64,000 bases of DNA from Emiliania huxleyi CCMP1516. Its lineage: Eukaryota. Positions 22,388-32,939 of this stretch are shown here, piece by piece. Under the pieces are notes generated by a model, which was not told the origin of the DNA, searched no databases, and saw nothing but the letters and a program-made list of their open reading frames with translations. The stretch is from the NCBI RefSeq assembly GCF_000372725.1, contig NW_005201287.1:899081-963080 (forward strand), given 5' to 3'. Each line of letters begins with the position of its first letter. Positions within the stretch are counted from its first letter, which is position 1. The position numbers were made by a program, and so were the translations under genes.

Positions 22388-22939
22388 ATGCTCGCGAGCG
22401 TCCTCTGTTGCCTACTCGCTGCGCCGATTCCGCGGTCGCTGATCCCATTCGTCGAGCCGCCCGCCGACCTGTCTCAAATCCCGCTCAGCCACCTGGAGCC
22501 TAACCTTGCAGCAGCGGAGCAGCCGGCCGAGAGGTCGCTGATCCCATTCGTCGAGCCGCCCGCCGACCTGTCTCAAATCCCGCTCAGCCACCTGGAGCCT
22601 AACCTTGCAGCAGCGGAGCAGCCGGCCGAGAGGTCGCTGATCCCATTCGTCGAGCCGCCCGCCGACCTGTCTCAAATCCCGCTCAGCCACCTGGAGCCTA
22701 ACCTTGCAGCAGCGGAGCAGCCGGCCGAGAGGTCGCTGATCCCATTCGTCGAGCCGCCCGCCGACCTGTCTCAAATCCCGCTCAGCCACCTGGAGCCTAA
22801 CCTTGCAGCAGCGGAGCAGCCGGCCGAGAGGTCGCTGATCCCATTCGTCGAGCCGCCCGCCGACCTGTCTCAAATCCCGCTCAGCCACCTCGAGCCCAAG
22901 GGCAACCCTGCAGCAGCAGCACCAGCAGCGTGGCCTTGA
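22388..22939 (+). CDS. Small putatively secreted protein made of 33-aa tandem repeats
   Basis: MLASVLCCLLAAP followed by ~4.7 x RSLIPFVEPPADLSQIPLSHLEPNLAAAEQPAE. Confidence 0.6.
   Translation: MLASVLCCLLAAPIPRSLIPFVEPPADLSQIPLSHLEPNLAAAEQPAERSLIPFVEPPADLSQIPLSHLEPNLAAAEQPAERSLIPFVEPPADLSQIPLSHLEPNLAAAEQPAERSLIPFVEPPADLSQIPLSHLEPNLAAAEQPAERSLIPFVEPPADLSQIPLSHLEPKGNPAAAAPAAWP
22434..22897 (+). repeat. 99-bp near-perfect tandem repeat, ~4.7 copies
   Basis: Units start at 22434, 22533, 22632, 22731 and 22830. Confidence 0.95.
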
Positions 22940-23390
22940 GGTGAGTGACATTGAGAAGGAGACTTAGCTCCCGGACGAGCGACTCTGAGCGAGCTCTGAA
23001 TGAATGAACGAGTCGTCGCACTCCTCGCTATGCCATTACACGAGGCTGATGCGCTGGGGCGAGCGGCCGGCCCTGTGCGGCTGTGCGTTCGCCCGTCGGC
23101 GTCGCCGCGGCCCGCGCACACGCACAACCCGCGCGCCTCCCACATGCGCATGCCAGCGCGTACGTCCGAAAGCGCGTTACGTGTGTTTTCGATGCTGGTG
23201 CGGTTACGTCTATTAGATGTGCATTAAAACTGCGGTCTATAGCGCGCCGCGAGACACATACACCCCTATCGGCACTGGTCCCCGAGACCCTCAGGGCCTG
23301 GGACAGCCATACGGCCGACGCTCCACCCGCCCACCTCCTGCCCTTCGGCACAAACGACAGCTAACGATACAGTCTCTGGGCCCCGGTCGG

Positions 23391-23717
23391 TCAGCCGCCG
23401 CCTTCCGAGGGAGGTTTGTAGGTCCCTTCGCGCCATGACTGTTGGACTTCCGGGGGCAGCTCCGCTAGCCGCGCCTCGACCGTACGCTTGCAATCCTGAA
23501 ACTGCAGCACGGCGCATGAGCCGAAAAACAGGCCAACCACGGCTAGGTTGCGCTGCAGCGGGTTGGCGTGCACATTCTCCCAAAATGTTTTCCAGAAGTT
23601 CGCCTCCGCGTTGCTCTGCGCCGCTGTGCCTATGTCTGACGGGCAAGCCGCTGGTGGCTGCTTCTGCGGTCGTGGTGCACGGCGAACGCCGCGGAGCGCG
23701 CGGCGTTGAGCGCCCAT
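23391..23717 (-). CDS. Small hypothetical membrane protein
   Basis: ORF with hydrophobic segment NLAVVGLFFGSCAVL. Confidence 0.45.
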   Translation of the reverse strand: MGAQRRALRGVRRAPRPQKQPPAACPSDIGTAAQSNAEANFWKTFWENVHANPLQRNLAVVGLFFGSCAVLQFQDCKRTVEARLAELPPEVQQSWREGTYKPPSEGGG

Positions 23718-23834
23718 GGAGGTGGTGGCTGGCGCAGCAAGAACCGCGACAAGAACGCCGGGGCGACCGCTGGGCGAGCGGTCGCTAAAAAAGAATTTTG
23801 AATCGCGAACTCGAGCGAGGGGCCAAAATATGCC

Positions 23835-24180
23835 GCGAGGAGGGCAGAGCTGCGACGAAAGGCGAGAGAAGAAGCGAGAGCAAGGGACCGGCAGGCGGCG
23901 GCGTCGCAGGACGAGGCAGAGGAGAGCGACGCGACAGAGGAAGAAGCGATACAAGAGAGAGAATGACGAGAGTGGGACGACCGCGAGGTGGCATGAAGGC
24001 TGCAGCGAGAATCGGCGGAGAGACTGCGAAGATATAGGAAGAGGCGGACGCCTTGGAGGGGGGGTGGGCGACGGCTAGCGCATCACACCCCTCTCGTCCT
24101 TAAAAATCCCTGTGTGGTGGCGGCGTGCCGTCGGCTCCCCTCCCTCCCTTGGGCTGTCCGATTTCTTTCTTTCTTTTATC
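23835..24180 (+). mobile_element. Longer copy of the (CTTT)n retroposon family; 5' boundary approximate
   Basis: Colinear with 6515-6770 and extends further 5'; TSD not seen. Confidence 0.75.
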
Positions 24181-27100
24181 TTTACGTCCCTGTGTTTTAT
24201 CAGTAATTAGAATTAAATGATAGAGATACCTCACATGTACATTGTACGCTATACAACGTAGGCCCTGAGACGCACTCACGTACTGCGTTCCACCCGCCCT
24301 AACTGGTAGCGTTTGTGTTTTACGTCAATGGCTGCACACCCTGACGCGGTCCACGCAGGCGTGTTTTCTGACGGCCGACCGTCAGTGCACGGAGTTGCCC
24401 GTTCTCCGACTGCCCCGGCTAGTTCCAGGGTTCGTCGGGAGTGACCCCTTCGCCGCCCAGGACCTGGCGCGGGTGGGTTGGGGGGGCTCGCTGCAGGGAA
24501 GGGCTGTGTAAGAAGCCGATCCCCGTGCAAACCCTGTCAGCTTTCCTCCCGCTGTGATTCTGTGTGAGCTCTGTGTCTTGATTGGCCAACAATATACCTA
24601 AAACCCTGTCAGCAATCCAGGAAAGAAAGTGGAAAACAGAGAAGGGAAACGAGGGATGGAACGTGGGCAGGGTATTCACCTGCACGAGCAGGATTTTGCG
24701 CGGCGCACTTGGAGCACTTGGAGTGCAGTCAGTAACCTCACATCCAGGGCCGGGGAGCTGAGAAGCGCATCCAGCGGGCCGGATGATCGGTATCGGGCTA
24801 TTTGCTCAAAATTCTTCTTTTTGGCCCGGCAGGCGAGCCGGGGCGTGGATGACAGCTAGCTGGCAACAGAGCGCTCTGCGTGGCATGCCTCTTCCCGGCG
24901 CCCTCGCCGCCGCCACACCGAGCCCGCCGCCTCTTTTGACTTTTCATTGTTACGACCTTCGAAGTGCGAATCTATGCGCGTTAGATTGTTAGCAGTACCA
25001 AAATGTTGTTGCGCGTTAGCGGACACGGCAGCGTCGACCGCACGGCCTACTCGCCCAAGTCCTCGCTCTCTTTTATGTCCCACCATGCAGAGCGCATCTC
25101 TCTCTCTGTTGTGCGAGGAGTGAACCGCGCCATTCGCTCTCACCTGGCGACCCTGTCTGCACGTCTATTGGAGAGGATGTACAGGCTCATCTATGGCAAA
25201 GGATCAAAGGGGGATCGCGGTGGCGGGGACGGGGGAGCGGGGGCGGGGGAAGCGGCGGTGAGGGCGGCAAGGGGCTTGGCCGGCGATACACATCGGGGTC
25301 GGGCGTCGATGGCGGCGGTCAAGAAGCGAGGCGAGGCGGCGGCGAGCGGTGGCGAGCGGTGCTATCCAGGTGCAGCGGAGGAGGATCGGGGGCGGGCGCG
25401 CACGATGATCATGGTCTCGGCCGTGGTGGGCGCCATTTTGCTGTATTTACGGAGGAACGCCGACGACCGTGCAGGGTGGTGTGATTGCTGTAGTGCTCGT
25501 TTGCAAGCGCCGGCGATGAGCAGCCGCGGCGGGCAGCGCGCTCTGCGTTTGCCGGTCTTCCCGCAGCTTCTCGCCACTGCGCTCAGCGCGCTCCTTCTCC
25601 TTGCACGGCTCGCAGCGCGGCGGGATCTAGTGGGCGCGCCACTGGCGTGGGCACCACCATTGACGGCGCCGGCCATAGTCCGACGTCTCTCACGCGCGGC
25701 GGGCGATGGCGATCTGTCGGCGGCGGTGCGCGTACAGTACAGCGACTGCAGCTACGCAGTATGGGCGGTCACGCCGCTCTCCCGCCGTTGGGAGGGCGTG
25801 GAGCGCGCGCCGCCGTTGCGGACGCAGCTGCGCAGGTGCGAGGAGGTGCGGAGCCGGGCCGCTGGGCCGCCCTACATCTCGGCAATGCCGCCGACTCCGC
25901 TCTCTGTGGTGGCGAGGCGCCTCAAGCCTCTGCAATAACCTGAATTCCCGCACCTGGGCCGCGCGGACAGTGTGCACCCTCGCAACAGACTGTACGGGGT
26001 GACGTTCAGTGTGCGGACATATGTGGGACTCAGGCTACATCCGTCTCGGCGGCACGTACGCTTTGCGCGCCGCGCCGGCTGTCCCATTTATCACGGCCGC
26101 GCACTGAAGTGTGTGCACATCGGTTGGGCCCCGAGAGCTCCGCGAGACCGTCAGAGAGCGCGCGCGAGGGGGCGGGCGGGTCCGAGAGCGAGACGGAGTC
26201 GGAGAGATCGTGCACGTGGAGTGCGAGTGGCCTTGAGACTTGAGTCGCGCGCGGTCGCAGCGCGGTGCTATTGTAATTAAGTTTAGTCCCCATTACGTAC
26301 ATACACAAAAAACCTCGGACATTTTACGAACTCCTTGGCGACGTGCGCGTCGCGTCGCCAAGGCTCTGCGACCTCGGTCGTACAATCGGCGACCTCGGTC
26401 GCACAACCGGCCGGATGCGCGGGTTTTCAGCCAGGTTCCCGCGCACCGGCCACGAACTCGACTCGCACAGCAAAAAAATCCGGTGCTCGCGCGCTGCTCC
26501 CACGCTTGACCACACACTCGCTGCACTGCTCAAAGCCAACCCTATCTCACTGGCCGCCTCCAACACTGTCCCGCGCGTCTCGCGCCCCAACTGACAACTC
26601 ATCATTGTCCCTCGGACACCACTCTCCAGCCGCGCTACCTTCGCCCACCTACCGCTCTCGCATGACATCTCGACAACCCTCATATCTCCAGGCCCAAGAC
26701 TCCTAACCACTGCCCCTGCTCGCCCAGGACCACGAAGCGCCGCCCGCGCGCCCATTGACCCCCCAATCAGCCCTCTTGCTGTCCCTCAATCCCCACCCGC
26801 CAGATGTACTGCCCTCGCCCACCCAATACTCCCACCCTCCTGACCCGGACAGTCCAGGTACAGGAAAAGCGGGGAGCGGGGCCCGATCCAAGGAGCACCC
26901 CGTCGGCCCGGGAGGGCTGTGAATTTCGGCGCGAGCGGAAGGCTGCCTGCAGACGCTCAGCCCCCGGCTGAGCTGCCGAATCCTCCCGGCTAATCCCCTG
27001 ACCTGCCGCCTGAAACGGGACGACATTACACCACCTCACACACACTCCCCCCTCAGGGCTAAGCAGTGCGCAAGTCCACCCGAACTCTAGGCGAGGCGTC

Positions 27101-27432
27101 GACCACTCCTTCGGAATAGCTCTGTCAGTGGCTGCACTAGACGCCCAGAGATGGCGCGCGGCGCGGGCGGATGACTGCGGAAGAGAAAATGCGGAGAGGC
27201 TAGCTCGCAGGTAGATGTGCTCAGCCAAGGGTAGGGGATGAGGGGAATGTGTCAGTGTGGGGGGTGCACCAACCGCAGAGCGTTGTGTTTTGCCTTTAAG
27301 ACTTGAACAGTTTTTTTTTCCCATTACGTACATGTGGTTGTAAGACACATCAGGAGTCACAAGGAGGGGGGTCTGGGTGTGATGCCGCGGCGCCGCGCTA
27401 AAACAACACACGCGCTGCATATCGCAAAAGGC

Positions 27433-28164
27433 TCAGAAGCGCAGCTTCTGGAAGAACCACTTGTTCTTGCCTGACGCGAGCGAGGCGGCGTACTTCTCCT
27501 CCAGCGACTTTTTCACCTCCTTGCGGCACGACTGCCTAGCAGTCGGGTTGCTGCTGCCCACAATGTCCGCCGTGACGACCGACTTCAAGTCGACGTCCAT
27601 CGTGTACCGGGTCGGCATCACGTGGTTGTAGTTGACGCTCTTGATGAAGGGCTTGATCTGCGGGCGGCGCGGCGCGGCGGTCGGCCGGGCGGGGGCGGAG
27701 ATCGCAAGGGCGCTGGAGGAGAATCCCCCCCTCCCTGTGCAGAGGCTGCAGCGCCGCTTCCGCCGCCCCCAACCCACCGCCGCTTCTCTGCACTCCGACG
27801 ACGAGTGGCCCGCGGGAGAGCGCACGAGGCTGCCGCCAATCCCGGTGGGCGGCGAGCAGCGAGCCGTGCTGCAACGACTGAGCAGCCGCAGCGGCGCCGT
27901 CCCGCCTCGCCCTGCTGCGTCTGCGGGGCACTGGGCGGCGCGCACCCGCGAGCGCTTCGTCCTCTTCTTCTCCGACATCTTCTTGGTGACCTTGAGGGGG
28001 TACTTCATGATGCCCGCGACCAGGCAGTGGCCGTACGGCCGGTCAGCAGTGCCGTCGTCAAAGGTCTTGACGATGACCGCCTTCTTGCCGGCCATACGAC
28101 CATTCAGCAGCAGCACAACCTTGCCAGCCTTGAGGAACTTGGGCGTCTTCTTGGCCTCAGACAT
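27433..28164 (-). CDS. RPL27: 60S ribosomal protein L27 (eL27)
   Basis: KFLKAGKVVLLLNGRMAGKKAVIVK..RPYGHCLVAGI..|IKPFIKSVNYNHVMPTRY..KNKWFFQKLRF; intron 27658-27945. Confidence 0.97.
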   Translation of the reverse strand: MSEAKKTPKFLKAGKVVLLLNGRMAGKKAVIVKTFDDGTADRPYGHCLVAGIMKYPLKVTKKMSEKKRTKRSRVRAAQCPADAAGRGGTAPLRLLSRCSTARCSPPTGIGGSLVRSPAGHSSSECREAAVGWGRRKRRCSLCTGRGGFSSSALAISAPARPTAAPRRPQIKPFIKSVNYNHVMPTRYTMDVDLKSVVTADIVGSSNPTARQSCRKEVKKSLEEKYAASLASGKNKWFFQKLRF

Positions 28165-29246
28165 GGCACCCTGTGAGGGGGGCCGGGAGCGGAGCCTGAG
28201 ACGGCAGCGTGCGCAAAGAAAATCCACGCCGACGCTGCGCGCAGAGCGCTGGCAGTCTGATGCCGGCAGTCGACCCGTGCGACTGCCGTCCGCGGCTGGC
28301 GGCTGGCGGCTGGCGCGCAGAGCGCAAGGCGCGGCCCGCACAGCCACGCACGGCCTCTCGCGTCGAGAGTGGGGTGGCGCGGGGCGCGTGCGGTGGCGAG
28401 AGGGGCAGCTCTGCCTGCAAGCGCGAGAGCACGAGGCGATGTTTGTTCACAGCCTCCGCGGGGGGGCGTCGTTCCCACGTTGGTTCACAAAACGCACACC
28501 GAACAGAAGCTATCCCTTTTTTTGATTGATGTTCTGTCTCTGCACTCTGCTGTGTCTCCGTTAAGGGCAACGCTCGCCCGTCTTGGCGGGATGGCGACAG
28601 GCTGCTGGGTCGGCGCTCGTCTCGCGGGGCGTCGCGGGGCGCCGCCCCGGGGCTCGGAGCACGGAGGGTAGGAGCGCGCGGCGCCCCTTGGCCGCCACTC
28701 GAATGTTGGCCGCCCCCGCGATCAAATACCCAAGGTGACGATGCTTAGTGTCGCTGCTACTGCTACTTTGGTACCACCTCGCGCATAGTGCATAGATAGA
28801 AGTCAGCGACGAGGCGACCAGATGGACCATGGGTGAGTTCACCCTGCCGCCCTGGCGATCTGGATGGACGCGGGAGTGTCGTGTCATGTCGTGCTGGCGG
28901 CCGTAGCAGCGACCAGCGTCCGGATGGCTCGTGGGCCGTCACGGAAGCTCAAAACAAAACTCTCACAGTGATTTGGGCTCGGCAGCTTGTCAGCCCTCAG
29001 CCGAAGCTGGAGCCGGTCCTCCCGTGCCGAGAGCCTTCATGCCTTCTTCTCTCTACAGCGTACAGGTGTGTGTGGTGTGGGAGGTGCGTACCGTAGTGTA
29101 GCCGCAATCTTGTTCTTGAGGGCCTTGGACGGGATGATAGCAACCTCCTGCACACAAACGCTTGTTTGTCGGAAGTCCACTTTACGATGAGGAAAAAAAA
29201 GCGTCGACCCGGAGGGCCAGGGCGGGAGCGGCGCCTGGCACTACCC

Positions 29247-32200
29247 ATGGTCCCCCACAACTATTCAGCAGATCTTCCTCAGCGTATGCACTCTCGGCGT
29301 TCGCACCCGCTCTTTGGAGCGCTCTCCATCGAGGAGACCCGCGTCGAGGAGCGCATCCGCACGCTCGCGCTCTGCATAATGGCGGCCGCAGTCCTCGGAG
29401 CCACGCTGGCCTACCTCCGAGCGGTGCTGGTGCCGCTGGTGCTCGCCTCGGCGACGAGGTATCTGCTGGCCTTCCCGGTCGATCTGCTCACGCGCCGGCC
29501 GATGGGGTGCTTCGGCGTCGAGCTCTGCGCGCAGCCCGTCCACGAGCCCGACGCGCCGCTTGTCGTGCGCTGCCTCTCGGAGCTCTTCTGCCGGCTGGTG
29601 CTTCCGCGGCCGCTGGCGGTGCTGGTGACGCTCGGCGTCACGGGGCTAGCGTGCAGCTATATCGGAGTGCTCCTCATGGACTCGCTGCGCACCTTCTCCG
29701 CTCGGGCCGACACGTACTCGGAGCAGGCGCCGTCTCGCGTCCGGGAGAGGAGGGAGGAGAGGAGGGGGCCCGGGGGTAAGGGCGCGGCGGCTGCACCGGA
29801 CTTGTGCGCCCGCAGGTGCGGCGGCTCATCGACGGCGTGCTCGCCTGGCTGGACGGGCTCGAGTTGGACTCGCTCCCTCCGCTGAGGCGCCTCGGGGAGA
29901 CTGCACACCGCCGGCACGCACACGGCTAGCTTCACTGTGAGATGGCTTGACCCCTCCAGGCTCGAGAAGCTGCACCAGCTGGTCGGGCAGGCGCGATGCC
30001 TCACTCTAGGGCGGCGGCTCCGCGGCGAGCCCGGGACTCTGTCTCTCTCTGCCACCTGCCACCTGCCGCGCTGCTGCTGCTAGCCCGCCCTCGCGTCCGC
30101 CGCCCTGCTGCTGCGCTCCCTCCCCACAGCAAGCTGTGTGGGTCTCGCCCCTCTGTCCGCCCGCGGGAGGAGTGACCGCCCCCCCCCCCCCTCCCCTCCT
30201 CCCCCTCGCCAGGTCCCCCTCACCGGCCTGGTCATGTCGGTCGTGGAAGGGATGCTCTCGCTCCTGTCCAACATGCTCCTCGTCCTCCTCTTCACCGTCT
30301 ACCTGATGCTGGGGAGGCGAGACACTTCCGAGACACTTCCGAGACACTTCACCATCTACCTGATGCTGGGGAGGCGGGCACACACCACACGCCCCACACC
30401 ACACACGCCTCACACCACACACGCCGCACAGTCCACACGCCGCACGCACCCCCCCACCTCCCCCCCACCGCCCCACCGCCCCGGCCCGCCTCGCCCCCTG
30501 CGGAAGGGACGCGCGCGACGGGCTGCCTGCGGACGACGTGCTGCACAAGGTCGACGACCGCACCCGCGCCTTCATCCGCGGGAAGGTCTCCCTCTCTCTG
30601 CTGGTCGGCGGGCTCACCGCGCTCGTCCTCTGGTGCGCACTCCCTCGCGGCCGTCGGCCGGTCCTCGGTCCGCAGGCCGCCTGGTCACGCACACACGGTG
30701 CGGGCAGGTCGATCAACCTCGAGCTGTGGCTCCTGTTCGCCGTCCTCGCTTTCCTCCTCAACTTCATACCGAACATCGGCGCCGTCGTCGCCACGCTGCT
30801 GCCGCTGCCCGTCGCCGCTTTCGACCCGGGACAGACCTCCCTCTCCGTCTTCCTCTCCTTTGCACTCCCGATGGGGGCGCGCCCCTCCCCCTCTTGCCCT
30901 CGCCCCTCGCCCCTCGCCCTCTGCCCGCGCTCCCTCTCCTCCCCTCCTTCCCCAATTCCCCCCCCCCCCCCCCCCACACTCCCCCCCCCCCCCACACTCC
31001 AGGTCCACCTCGCCGTCGGGTCCGTCCTTGAGCCGCTCATCTTCGGCAGCACACCCTCCCGCCTCGCGTGGCCACCCGCGCCATGTCCGCGACGCGTCCG
31101 GCACGTGTCCCGCAGGCAACTCGCTCGACCTGCACCCGGTGGTGGTCCTCCTCTCCCTCATGATGTGGGGCACCATCTGGGGCGTGCCCGGGCTCGTGCT
31201 CGCCGTGCCGCTCACCGCAATCATGCGCATCCACCTCGCACACATCGACCACCCGCTGCCGCGCTACCTCGCGCGCGTGCTCGTCGGGAGGGAGGAGCGC
31301 GCCCCTCACACCCCCCGCTTTCCCCCTCACACGCGTCCCTGACACGTCACTGACACGTCCCCTGGCACGTCCCTGACACGTCCCTGGCACGTCCCTCCAG
31401 GTGCGGCGCGACCCGCTGCTCGGCTCCGACGCGGGGTCGACTCTCGGAGACGGTGCCGCCTCACGCACGCGCTCGCTCAGCTGGAGCCCCGTGCTCAACC
31501 CCCCTATCCCTTTTCTTTTCTTGTGCCTCATTCTATTTTTCAATTTTAATCATTTCATANNNNNNNNNNNNNNNNNNNNNNNNNNNNNNNNNNNNNNNNN
31601 NNNNNNNNNNNNNNNNNNNNNNNNNNNNNNNNNNNNNNNNNNNNNNNNNNNNNNNNNNNGCGTGGGGGTCCGTCCTTGAGCCGCTCATCTTCGGCAGCAC
31701 ACCCTCCCGCCTCGCGTGGCCACCCGCGCCATGTCCGCGACGCGTCCGGCACGTGTCCCGCAGGCAACTCGCTCGACCTGCACCCGGTGGTGGTCCTCCT
31801 CTCCCTCATGATGTGGGGCACCATCTGGGGCGTGCCCGGGCTCGTGCTCGCCGTGCCGCTCACCGCAATCATGCGCATCCACCTCGCACACATCGACCAC
31901 CCGCTGCCGCGCTACCTCGCGCGCGTGCTCGTCGGGAGGGAGGAGCGCGCCCCTCACACCCCCCGCTTTCCCCCTCACACGCGTCCCTGACACGTCACTG
32001 ACACGTCCCCTGGCACGTCCCTGACACGTCCCTGGCACGTCCCTCCAGGTGCGGCGCGACCCGCTGCTCGGCTCCGACGCGGGGTCGACTCTCGGAGACG
32101 GTGCCGCTTTAGGCAGGGGCTGGTTAAGCGGGAGCCCGGTGTTAAACCCCCCCCCACCCCCCCCCCCCCCCCCGCCCCCCGATCACGGCCGCAGGCTCGA

Positions 32201-32472
32201 CGACTGTCGATGACGGCTCCGACCTCGCCTCTCTGCCCGGCTCCACCTTTGACAGCGGCGGCGAGGAGATGGGCGCGCACGGGGCGCACGGCGGCAGCCC
32301 GCCGCTTGGGCTCGACGAGGATGGCGAGGAGGAGGAGGCGGACGCGGGAGAGGAGGTTGGGCTGCTCGGCGGCACGGGCAGAAGTCCCCCACGCGGCGGC
32401 GCGCGGGGAGCAGCGCGCGACCTGAAAGGGTTGTTTGGCAGCAGATCGCTGCAACGAGGAGACCTTGTGTGA
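29247..32472 (+). CDS. AI-2E (UPF0118) family transporter, multi-exon, spans the gap
   Basis: FLLNFIPNIGAVVA, LEPLIFG, LHPVVVLLSLMMWGTIWGVPGLVLAVPLTA. Confidence 0.85.
31560..31659. other. Assembly gap flanked by a duplicated ~440-bp overlap
   Basis: 100 N; ~31018-31458 is repeated at ~31666-32107. Confidence 0.95.
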
Positions 32473-32939
32473 CGAGCCGCGAGCGCGTATTCCTTTGGCC
32501 CTGCCGCCCCGCACATTGTGGCCGTGTATTGTGTTGTTTGAGAGAGGCTGTTCTCCAAATATTAAAAGCGGAGAGCTTCGTCTTTACACTGCCTCACTGG
32601 CTCACTGGGTCCGTCTGCCGTCTCCTTGTACGTTACACCGGTCACCCCGCGGTACACCCGCCACACCCCCCGGCCCCGCCCCGCCGAGCGCCGCGTGTGT
32701 TTGACCCCAACAGCTCCCAATTTCAGTCTGTGCACTGCACACATATGGTGCAGGAGACTCTCTCTGCGCGGGGTGGGTAGCGTAGCACAAACATCACTCA
32801 CGCGCGGTTCTACGCGAATGCTGGGTTTACGGTCCAGACACGGCACGCGACCTCGAGCCTCGAGGCGGGGCGCGAGAGCCGCTTACGGTTATGTGGCACG
32901 ACCGGGTGATGCCATCAACAGCCAAGTCGCGTGGCTAAG

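Noticed and set aside
22434..22897. CRISPR-like array
   Set aside because: Units are identical end to end with no unique spacers, they are in frame, and the context is eukaryotic.
25003..25938. 311-aa ORF and a small opposite-strand spliced ORF starting near 25436
   Set aside because: No recognisable motifs; cannot be supported without transcripts.
31018..32107. Apparent exon duplication in the AI-2E gene
   Set aside because: Identical copies flank a 100-N gap with degraded contig ends, so this is most likely an unmerged overlap.
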